A stretch of 64,000 nucleotides of DNA from an uncultured Azospirillum sp. Lineage in GTDB: Bacteria; Pseudomonadota; Alphaproteobacteria; RF32; CAG-239. The position numbers and the translations under genes were made by a program. The stretch is taken from contig UQCS01000006.1 in assembly GCA_900539605.1 (NCBI GenBank), forward strand, positions 4,601 to 68,600. The letters are read 5' to 3'. Shown here piece after piece: positions 36,940 to 44,708 of this stretch; the stretch's first letter is position 1, and every line of letters begins with the position of its first letter. The notes beneath the pieces were generated by a model, which searched no databases, was not told the origin of the DNA, and saw nothing but the letters and a program-made list of their open reading frames with translations.

Positions 36940-37548
36940 TCAATCGGAAGGTAACATAAATGCCTCCGGAATCCTGTAAACATAGATATTGTTGAATTTA
37001 TAAAATCCTTTGACTTCAATGATTTCATCCGCCCGAAAATCGGGGATATAAAAACTGTTTGAATAGATGACGGTTCCCTTCGAAGCATCGGTTTGCAGTT
37101 TTTGCCCAAAACGTTCCATCAACGGTTGCATCAAAAAACAGGCGATAATATCAAAATCTTTAAAAGAACAATTAAACATGTCTTGACGGATGATTTGGAC
37201 GTTGGTCAACTTACGGGTTCGAAAAGCGGCAATCGCTGCGGTGAAACGATTCCATTCAATACCGACAAAGTGATGCCGCGGATGTTTGTGTGCCAGTTCA
37301 ATCAGCAATGTTCCAGTGCCGCAACCGGGATCCAAGACATTAAGCGGCTGAACGGATTCTTGTAACAGAACATTAATTCTTTCAATGATAATTTTCTTTT
37401 GCTTGCCGAAGCTGGGAACCAAGGGTGGACATTTGCGGAAATCTTTGTTAACGAACAGGCGTATGATGTCAACCCATATCCATATCAGTGCTGCAATCAA
37501 CAAAGCATAGATAAAAACGGCAAACCATATCATTATTTTTCTCCGCAA
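36940..37548 (-). CDS. membrane-anchored class I SAM-dependent methyltransferase
   Basis: 202 aa. N-terminal TM (IMIWFAVFIYALLIAALIWIWV) and SAM motif I VLDPGCGTGTL. Confidence 0.7.
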   Translation of the reverse strand: MRRKIMIWFAVFIYALLIAALIWIWVDIIRLFVNKDFRKCPPLVPSFGKQKKIIIERINVLLQESVQPLNVLDPGCGTGTLLIELAHKHPRHHFVGIEWNRFTAAIAAFRTRKLTNVQIIRQDMFNCSFKDFDIIACFLMQPLMERFGQKLQTDASKGTVIYSNSFYIPDFRADEIIEVKGFYKFNNIYVYRIPEAFMLPSD

Positions 37549-37721
37549 TTGTTTTTTTGGCGTTTAAGAACTGAATCCGTTCCCAAACTTTTAATATTAT
37601 CCTAAAACTTTTATGCTAAGTTTTGGTTAATCATATGCGGATAATGTGCTTTTGTAATAAAAAAGCTTGATAATGCATCCAAAAAACGCTAAACAGCAAA
37701 CAGATAAGAACAGAGGCTGAA

Positions 37722-39575
37722 ATGCATATCAAAAATCACTATAACGTTATTGTTGTCGGCGGCGGTCATGCCGGTTGCGAAGCTTGTGCCGCTGCCGCGC
37801 GAACCGGCGCTGAAACATTACTGGTTACCCACAAAATCGCTACCATCGGTGAAATGTCCTGTAATCCAGCTATCGGCGGACTGGGCAAAGGTCATTTGGT
37901 GCGGGAAATTGATGCACTGGACGGGTTAATGGGCCGGGTTATTGATCGTGCAGGGATTCAGTTTAGGATGCTTAACATGTCCAAAGGGCCGGCGGTAAGA
38001 GGACCACGTGCGCAGGCGGATCGTGAACTTTATCGTCAATATATGTTAGAAGCGCTCAGAGAACAGAATAATCTCGAAATTGCCGAAGCGGCAGTTGAAG
38101 GGTTGTTTTTTGCAAACGAACGGGCAGTCGGCGTTGTTTTGGGCGACGGAACAAAAATTACGGCTGATGCGGTTGTGCTTACAACCGGAACATTTTTGAA
38201 CGGCATCATGTTTACCGGTCATCAAACTTCGATCGGTGGTCGGGTGGACGATGTTTCGTGCAGCGGGATCACCCCCTGTTTAAATGCACGGCAATTGCGT
38301 TTGGGACGTCTAAAGACCGGTACGCCGGCACGTTTGGACGGCAGAACGATTAACTGGAAAATTTTGGATCGGCAACGCGGAGACGAGGTGCCGCAGCCGT
38401 TTTCTTATCTGACGGATAAAATAAACAATCCTCAGATTGACTGTTTTGTCACCCATACCAACTTGAACACGCATCGGATAATCCGTGATAACTTTTCAAA
38501 ATGCGCATTGTTTTCCGGATTGATAAAAGGTGTCGGACCGCGCTATTGTCCGAGTATTGAAGATAAACTGGTCAAATTTGCCGATCGCGAAAGTCACCAG
38601 ATTTTTCTCGAACCGGAAGGTTTGTCAACTAACGTTGTGTATCCCAACGGTATTTCAACTTCTTTGCCGGCGGACGTTCAGGAAGCTTTTATTCACACCA
38701 TAAAAGGCTTGGAAGATGTTAAGATCCTTCGTTACGCTTATGCGATTGAATACGATTATGTTGATCCTCAGGAACTGGATTGTTGTTTGCAATTGAAGAA
38801 AGTTCCCGGTTTGTTTCTGGCGGGTCAAATTAACGGTACCACCGGCTATGAAGAAGCGGCGGCACAAGGTTTGTTGGCAGGTGTCAATGCGGCGTTGCAT
38901 GCCGAAGGCAAAGGGCGCAAATTTGTGATTGATCGTTCCGAAGCTTATATCGGTGTGATGGTTGATGACCTGATTACCAAAGGGGTTGATGAGCCGTATC
39001 GTATGTTTACTTCGCGTTCGGAATATCGTCTCCATCTGCGGGCTGACAACGCCGATCTTCGGTTGACCGCAGCCGGTCATGAAGCCGGTTGTGTCGGTGA
39101 GTTGCGGTGGCATTGTTTTGAACAAAAACGTAAGCAAATTGCCGTTTTGCGCGATTTGGCCGATCAATTGCAAATAAAACCGTCCGAACTTGACTGCCAT
39201 GGCATTAAAAACAAAAAAGACGGAACCCGGCGCACGGCGTTCAATCTGATGTCTTATGACGATGTTTCACGTGAAACAATATTAAAAATATGGCCGCAAC
39301 TGGCAGAGTACCCGGCGGATGTTTATGAAGAAGTGGAAATAGAAGCTAAATATGCGGGGTATATCAAACGTCAGCTCGCTGATATTGAAGTTTTCAAAAA
39401 AGATGAAAAACTAAAAATCCGTGAAGATATCGACTATTCGAAAATAGGCGGTTTATCTAACGAAATGGTCATTAAACTGAGCCGGATCCGTCCGGAAACG
39501 ATCGGAGCCGCCTCGCGCATTTCCGGCGTAACTCCGGCGGCGGTAATGGCGATTTTGGGCTATCTTAAGAAGTAG
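37722..39575 (+). CDS. mnmG: tRNA uridine 5-carboxymethylaminomethyl modification enzyme MnmG (GidA)
   Basis: 617 aa. FAD dinucleotide fold ([13 protein letters not shown]), GidA signatures ([35 protein letters not shown]). Confidence 0.95.
   Translation: MHIKNHYNVIVVGGGHAGCEACAAAARTGAETLLVTHKIATIGEMSCNPAIGGLGKGHLVREIDALDGLMGRVIDRAGIQFRMLNMSKGPAVRGPRAQADRELYRQYMLEALREQNNLEIAEAAVEGLFFANERAVGVVLGDGTKITADAVVLTTGTFLNGIMFTGHQTSIGGRVDDVSCSGITPCLNARQLRLGRLKTGTPARLDGRTINWKILDRQRGDEVPQPFSYLTDKINNPQIDCFVTHTNLNTHRIIRDNFSKCALFSGLIKGVGPRYCPSIEDKLVKFADRESHQIFLEPEGLSTNVVYPNGISTSLPADVQEAFIHTIKGLEDVKILRYAYAIEYDYVDPQELDCCLQLKKVPGLFLAGQINGTTGYEEAAAQGLLAGVNAALHAEGKGRKFVIDRSEAYIGVMVDDLITKGVDEPYRMFTSRSEYRLHLRADNADLRLTAAGHEAGCVGELRWHCFEQKRKQIAVLRDLADQLQIKPSELDCHGIKNKKDGTRRTAFNLMSYDDVSRETILKIWPQLAEYPADVYEEVEIEAKYAGYIKRQLADIEVFKKDEKLKIREDIDYSKIGGLSNEMVIKLSRIRPETIGAASRISGVTPAAVMAILGYLKK
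39263..39278. promoter_or_regulatory. parS centromere site (perfect TGTTTCACGTGAAACA) inside the mnmG 3' region
   Basis: Exact 16-bp palindrome matching the canonical chromosomal parS consensus. Encodes ..DVSRET.. in mnmG. Confidence 0.85.
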
Positions 39576-39585
39576 GAGTTTTGAA

Positions 39586-40206
39586 TTGACTGCATTTCCT
39601 GACCGCGATCGGGCCGAAGCTTTGTGGGAAGAAGGAATCCGCTATCGTCTTTCCCGTCCCTACCCTTTTGATCTCGAATCCGAATATCGTTTTCATACGC
39701 GCGGCGTTGCCGAAGCGGCGGAAAAAATTGCCGCTTATGTCCCCGGTCTTGTTCCTGAAAGAGCGTTTGTTTTCGGACTGTTGCACGATTATGGCAAAAG
39801 AATCAGTCAAAGCCGCGAAAACAAATTTCACGGACAGGAAGGTTATGAGCAGATGATGAAACTCGGTTATCCGGAAATTGCGCAGATTTGCCTCACTCAT
39901 ACTTTTCCCGATAAAGATTTTAATCCGGAACAATATTCTTTTCCGCCGGAATGGTTTGATTGGATCCGTTGCCGTTTGGCGCCGCTGGTCTATGATGATT
40001 ATGATTTGCTGATCGCTTTTTGTGACAAACTGTTCGAAGCCTGTGCAATGGTCTCGATCGAAGAACGGGTGGCGGCAATTGTCCGGCGTTACGGTCTCAA
40101 CGGCCGTCAGCGTAATCTTTTATATGACCAAAGCATGAAGTTAAAACATTACTTTGATGCTAAAACCGGTCGGAACGTTTATGAAATTTTAGGTTTGGAG
40201 AAATAA
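39586..40206 (+). CDS. HD(IG)-domain metal-dependent phosphohydrolase
   Basis: 206 aa. H...HD signature (FHTRGVAE ... FGLLHDYGKR). TTG start 7 nt after a GGAG that overlaps the mnmG stop. Size and layout resemble small HD hydrolases of the YqeK type. Confidence 0.7.
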   Translation: MTAFPDRDRAEALWEEGIRYRLSRPYPFDLESEYRFHTRGVAEAAEKIAAYVPGLVPERAFVFGLLHDYGKRISQSRENKFHGQEGYEQMMKLGYPEIAQICLTHTFPDKDFNPEQYSFPPEWFDWIRCRLAPLVYDDYDLLIAFCDKLFEACAMVSIEERVAAIVRRYGLNGRQRNLLYDQSMKLKHYFDAKTGRNVYEILGLEK

Positions 40207-40238
40207 AAATGCAGAAATTCAGTTATCACACCCACACT
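40195..40238 (+). repeat. gene-junction repeat copy 1 (TTGGAGAAATAAAAATGCAGAAATTCAGTTATCACACCCACAC)
   Basis: End of the HD gene (..LEK*) plus the first 10 codons of PHP gene 1. Near-identical to 41016-41057. Confidence 0.75.
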
Positions 40239-41027
40239 AACGCCCTTGGTATTTTTGACGGCCGTTGCACAGCCGAACAAATGATTGAACAGGCACAAAA
40301 AATCGGTTATCGGGAAATCGGTATTTCCAACCATTTGGTTTATCATCCCAACATGACGATCAGACATCCGATGTTTTTTAATGACTATAATCTTCTGGAA
40401 GACGCAATGATGCGAGTTGCCGACGAAATTCGCCAGGCAGCTTCAACGGCCACAATAAAAGTCTATCTCGGATTTGAGGTGGACTTTTTTCCGTCTTCGG
40501 AATGGCGCCGTTGTTTTGAAAAATTGCGCAAAAAAATAAATGCCGATTATTATATCGGTTCTTTCCATTATCTGCGCAATCAGGACGAAAGCCGGGTTGA
40601 AAATATGTATTTGTACAATCCGCTTCAGCCGACTTACAGCGAAGAAGAAATTAAAGAAGCGATTCATTTTTACTGGCAAAATGCTGCTTTAGCTGCTGAA
40701 AGCGGATATTTTGATTTTATTGCCCATCCTGACGTTTATAAAATTTTTCCGCATTTTGCCGCTTACGGCGAAGAAGAAGACAAGTGGCATTTTATTGAAA
40801 CCATGGGGCGGCTAAAACATCCTTATGAGCTGAATACCAGCGGCTGGCGCAAATGTGGCGAACAGCATCCTTATCGTTGGATGATGGAAGAGCTGAACCG
40901 TTTGGAAGTTCCGATTGTTATCAGTGATGATGCCCATGATGTTTCTCAGTTGGCTAATTACTTTGAGCAGGCGGAACAATTGCTGCAGTCGCTTGATTAT
41001 AAAAAACGCTGGAAGTTGGAAAAATAA
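40209..41027 (+). CDS. PHP-domain phosphoesterase, HisJ-like (paralogue 1)
   Basis: 272 aa. PHP motifs YHTHT, GISNH (Asn where PHP usually has Asp), GFEVDFF, GSFHY, IAHPD, ELNTSGWRK, VISDDAH. ATG 2 nt after the HD gene stop. Confidence 0.7.
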   Translation: MQKFSYHTHTNALGIFDGRCTAEQMIEQAQKIGYREIGISNHLVYHPNMTIRHPMFFNDYNLLEDAMMRVADEIRQAASTATIKVYLGFEVDFFPSSEWRRCFEKLRKKINADYYIGSFHYLRNQDESRVENMYLYNPLQPTYSEEEIKEAIHFYWQNAALAAESGYFDFIAHPDVYKIFPHFAAYGEEEDKWHFIETMGRLKHPYELNTSGWRKCGEQHPYRWMMEELNRLEVPIVISDDAHDVSQLANYFEQAEQLLQSLDYKKRWKLEK

Positions 41028-41057
41028 ATGCAAAAATTCAGTTATCATACCCACACC
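41016..41057 (+). repeat. gene-junction repeat copy 2 (TTGGAAAAATAAATGCAAAAATTCAGTTATCATACCCACAC)
   Basis: End of PHP gene 1 (..LEK*) plus the first 10 codons of PHP gene 2. 27/30 nt identical over the first ten codons. Confidence 0.75.
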
Positions 41058-41855
41058 GATTTTTCAGACGGTCACAACACGCCGGAAGAAATGCTGCAAC
41101 AGGCTGCAGACCTTGGTTGGGAAGAAATCGGAATCAGCGATCATCTGATCGTGCATAAAAATATTCGTCAGAGTTTTTCTTGGCCACGGTGGGAAAAGGC
41201 TGACAAAATCGATATTTTTCATGCCGATTTCAATGAAGCGGCGGACGGATTTTGCCGTCATGCCGATCATTTGCGTAAACTTGCACGACGTTATAATTTG
41301 AAAGTGCAGGTTGGTGCCGAAGTTGATTTTTTCTGTTATGACGGTTGGGCAGAAGAATTTGCCGCTTTTAGTAAACAAGTCGGTTTGGACTATTGTATTT
41401 CCGGCAATCATTTTCTGCCGTTAGACAACAGCGAACAGATCCTTGATGCCAAAGACAGCGGAATGTTAGATAAGAATGCTCTCGAATCGGCCTTGCGACT
41501 ACACTTTACAACCGTTACGGCGGCGGCACGTTCGGGAATGTTTGCTTTTATTGCTCATTTGGATTATTTGCGTAAAATTCCGCAATGGGCAGAACAGACA
41601 TTTACGGCGGAAAAGAAGGCATTGACAGCCGCTCTTGTTAAATCGGTGGTGGGGACAGAGCTGAGCAGCAAAGGAATTCGTAAACAAGGCTATTTTTATC
41701 CTGAAGAAAATTGGTTGAAGCAAATCATTGAAGCCGGTGTTCCGTTGGTGATCAGTGACGATGCACATCGCATTGATGAACTTGGTTTTGAGTTTGAGAA
41801 AGCCGAGGCGTTGTTACAACAGCTGGAGTGTCGTAAGCGCTGGCATTTCAAATAG
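41028..41855 (+). CDS. PHP-domain phosphoesterase, HisJ-like (paralogue 2)
   Basis: 275 aa. Canonical PHP motifs YHTHTDFSDG, GISDH, GAEVDFF, GNHF, IAHLD, ELSSKGIRK, VISDDAH. The ATG directly abuts the stop of paralogue 1. Confidence 0.7.
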   Translation: MQKFSYHTHTDFSDGHNTPEEMLQQAADLGWEEIGISDHLIVHKNIRQSFSWPRWEKADKIDIFHADFNEAADGFCRHADHLRKLARRYNLKVQVGAEVDFFCYDGWAEEFAAFSKQVGLDYCISGNHFLPLDNSEQILDAKDSGMLDKNALESALRLHFTTVTAAARSGMFAFIAHLDYLRKIPQWAEQTFTAEKKALTAALVKSVVGTELSSKGIRKQGYFYPEENWLKQIIEAGVPLVISDDAHRIDELGFEFEKAEALLQQLECRKRWHFK

Positions 41856-42070
41856 GACATGCCCAAAACGTTGGCCTGTTTGAATAATTTGTACCGGCGA
41901 ATCGCCACTTGTGAAAAACAAAACTTTATCTTTTTATTACTTCGTGTATTGATTCTTTTTGTTGTTTTATTTAGTTGAAAACACTGTTCTTTTTGGTAGC
42001 TTTTTTTAAAATGTTCATAAGTAAAATTTTTATGTTCTAAAATTTTCAATTCGTATATATAAATACAGCT

Positions 42071-42691
42071 ATGGAAAATTTTATCAAAACATATGATGTT
42101 TCACGTGAAACATATGACCGTCTAAGATGTTGCCAAACAGCCCTAAACGAATGGCAACAAAAGTTTAATTTGGTCAGCAACGGTTCTCTTGCCGACAGCT
42201 GGAACCGTCACTTTGTCGACTCGGCACAACTGTTCCCGCTGATTCCTGAAACGGCATGTTCTTTGGCCGATCTGGGCAGCGGCGCCGGTTTTCCGGGAAT
42301 GGTGTTGGCGATAATGGCTGCTGAAAAAACACCGTATTTAAAAGTGACGTTAGTTGAAAGTATTTGTAAAAAAACAGTGTATTTAAATCATCTGACGCAA
42401 ATTACCGGTTGCAAAGTTGAAATATTGAATCGCCGGATTGAGGAAATTAAAAACCGTCGTTTCGACGTTATTACGGCCCGCGCGGTTACCGCACTTTCCG
42501 ATTTGCTCACCTATGCTTTTCCGTTGCTGAATAAAAACGGTCTTTGTCTTTTTCCCAAAGGGAAAAGCTGGCCCGAAGAAGTCAGCCTGGCTCAGCGCAA
42601 ATGGAATTTTGAATATGATTCCGTTCCGAGCCTGACCAATCCTGAAAGCGTTATTTTAGTTATCCGTCATCTTGCTGTAAAAGGGAGATAA
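42071..42691 (+). CDS. rsmG: 16S rRNA (guanine527-N7)-methyltransferase RsmG (GidB)
   Basis: 206 aa. YDVSRET N-terminus, SAM motif DLGSGAGFPG. Followed by parAB. Confidence 0.9.
   Translation: MENFIKTYDVSRETYDRLRCCQTALNEWQQKFNLVSNGSLADSWNRHFVDSAQLFPLIPETACSLADLGSGAGFPGMVLAIMAAEKTPYLKVTLVESICKKTVYLNHLTQITGCKVEILNRRIEEIKNRRFDVITARAVTALSDLLTYAFPLLNKNGLCLFPKGKSWPEEVSLAQRKWNFEYDSVPSLTNPESVILVIRHLAVKGR
42097..42112. promoter_or_regulatory. parS centromere site (perfect TGTTTCACGTGAAACA) in codons 9-14 of rsmG
   Basis: Exact 16-bp palindrome. Also encodes DVSRET. Confidence 0.85.
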
Positions 42692-42694
42692 ATT

Positions 42695-43474
42695 ATGCCT
42701 CGCATCATTGCTGTCGCCAACCGAAAAGGCGGCGTCGGAAAAACCACCACCACCGTCAACGTCGCTACGGCGATGGCGGCTGCCGGAAAAAAAGTTTTGG
42801 TGATTGATCTCGATCCCCAGTCCAACGCTTCGACCTCGCTTGGTATTGACAAACACGGGGGTATGGTTTCTTCATATGAAGTGATTATCGGTGAGCGTTC
42901 CTTAAACGAAGCGGTCATTTTGAGCGAAATTCCTAATTTTTCGCTGGTTCCTGCTTCGCCCGATTTGGCGGGCGCCGAAGTGGAACTGATAGACAAGCCG
43001 CGTCGCGAATTTGCTCTTAAAGATGCTCTCGGAACCTCAGCCGTCAATTACGATTATGTACTGATCGACTGTCCGCCTTCTCTGAGTTTGGTGACGATCA
43101 ATGCGTTAGTGGCGGCCGACGCCGTTATTGTACCGTTGCAATGCGAATACCTGGCTCTGGAAGGTATTACCGATTTGATTGCCAACATTAACCAAATCAA
43201 ACGTCGTTTTAATCCGCGGCTGGAACTTCAGGGAGTTGTGTTGACAATGTATGATGGCCGCAACAATCTTACCCAGATGGTGGAAGAAGATGTTCGCAGT
43301 TTCTTTGGCAAAAAAGTTTATCAAACCGTTATTCCGCGGAATGTCCGCGTTTCCGAAGCACCCTCCCACGGCAAACCTGTTTTGCTTTATGATTTTAAAT
43401 GTTCGGGTTCACAGGCTTACATCAGCCTTGCCGGCGAAGTTTTGAAAAGAGAAAAGGAATTGATAGCATGTTAG
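42695..43474 (+). CDS. parA: chromosome partitioning ATPase ParA (Soj)
   Basis: 259 aa. Deviant Walker A NRKGGVGKTTT, DCPPS, ParA/MinD fold. Confidence 0.9.
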   Translation: MPRIIAVANRKGGVGKTTTTVNVATAMAAAGKKVLVIDLDPQSNASTSLGIDKHGGMVSSYEVIIGERSLNEAVILSEIPNFSLVPASPDLAGAEVELIDKPRREFALKDALGTSAVNYDYVLIDCPPSLSLVTINALVAADAVIVPLQCEYLALEGITDLIANINQIKRRFNPRLELQGVVLTMYDGRNNLTQMVEEDVRSFFGKKVYQTVIPRNVRVSEAPSHGKPVLLYDFKCSGSQAYISLAGEVLKREKELIAC

Positions 43475-44391
43475 ACGATGGTCACAAGAGAAGAAGTCTC
43501 GGCCGCGGTTTGGGTGCCCTGCTCGGCGATGACCTTGGATTTCTGGATTCCGAAACCCCGGCCCCGAAAGCCGGTGAAAAAAAGATTGCGATCGCCGATC
43601 TCACGCCCAGCCCCTATCAGCCGCGGCTTGATTTTAATCCTGAAGCTCTGGATGCGCTGGCACAGTCGGTTGCGGAAAAGGGAATTTTGCAACCGCTGCT
43701 GGTTCGTGAGCTCGGAGACGGCAAGTATGAGATCATCGCCGGCGAACGCCGTTTCAGAGCCGCCAAAATGGCGGGTTTGACGGAAGTTCCTGCAGTGGTA
43801 AAGAATATGAACGATCAGGAAGTTCTCGAAGTTGCCCTGATTGAGAATCTTCTGCGTGAGAATCTTTCAGCAATTGAAGAAGCCGAAGGGCTGCAGCGGC
43901 TGATTGATGAATTTTCGCATACACAGGAAGCACTTTCAAAGGTTATCGGCAAGTCGCGCAGTTATATTGCCAACACGCTTCGTCTTCTGGCATTGCCGGC
44001 AACGATTCAGCAAATGGTACGCGATGGCACTCTGACCGCCGGTCAGGTGCGTCCGTTGATCGGCCTCGACAACGCCGAAGAGCTGGCGAGGCGGATTGCC
44101 GAACGCGGTCTTAACGCGCGTCAGGCCGAAGCCCTGGCCGCAAAAGCCAAACAACCAGCAGTGTCACGCAAACAGACTGTTGCAGACAGCGATCTGGCCG
44201 AACTTTCGGAAGGAATTGCCCGCCGGTTGGGGGTTAAGGTTAAAATCTCACCCGCTAAAAACGGTGCCGGAAAGATTGTACTGCAATATGCTAATTTAGC
44301 CGATTTGGATAAGATTATTGACATTTTGCAGCAAAAGTCTACACTGTCAGACGGCAAACCGGCCAAATTTACAATGAATATTGTCGATTAA
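43468..44391 (+). CDS. parB: chromosome partitioning protein ParB (Spo0J)
   Basis: 307 aa from MLDDGHKRRSLGRGLGALL (ATG 43468, 7-nt overlap with parA). ParB box GERRFRAAKMAG. HTH region. Confidence 0.9.
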   Translation: MLDDGHKRRSLGRGLGALLGDDLGFLDSETPAPKAGEKKIAIADLTPSPYQPRLDFNPEALDALAQSVAEKGILQPLLVRELGDGKYEIIAGERRFRAAKMAGLTEVPAVVKNMNDQEVLEVALIENLLRENLSAIEEAEGLQRLIDEFSHTQEALSKVIGKSRSYIANTLRLLALPATIQQMVRDGTLTAGQVRPLIGLDNAEELARRIAERGLNARQAEALAAKAKQPAVSRKQTVADSDLAELSEGIARRLGVKVKISPAKNGAGKIVLQYANLADLDKIIDILQQKSTLSDGKPAKFTMNIVD

Positions 44392-44400
44392 GGAAAGAAA

Positions 44401-44631
44401 ATGACTATACTTGATAAAATGCTCGAAAACTGTAAAAATAACGGTTTTCAACCTACTGAAAATATTGAAAAAATTGCTCGTGCTAAAAATATGATGTTCG
44501 GTGAACAGTCTTGGCAGCGTTGCCCGTGTGACGGTCGCAACGAAGAACGCTACTGCATTTCCGAATTGTGCCGCAGCGATATCGAACGCGACGGCATCTG
44601 TCATTGCCGCTGTTACAGCAAAGCAAAATAA
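44401..44631 (+). CDS. small Cys-rich protein, ferredoxin-thioredoxin-reductase catalytic-subunit-like (FeThRed_B-like)
   Basis: 76 aa. AGGAAAG SD. 7 Cys arranged CPC-x8-C-x4-C-x9-CHC-x-C, reminiscent of the CPC...CPC...CHC signature of the FTR catalytic chain. 9 nt downstream of parB. Confidence 0.45.
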   Translation: MTILDKMLENCKNNGFQPTENIEKIARAKNMMFGEQSWQRCPCDGRNEERYCISELCRSDIERDGICHCRCYSKAK

Positions 44632-44708
44632 TTTTACCGGAGTAACTATATTTTTACCGTCCTCGGCATATATTTAACAAAAACCCAAATTTTCAAGGAA
44701 ACCGGCCC

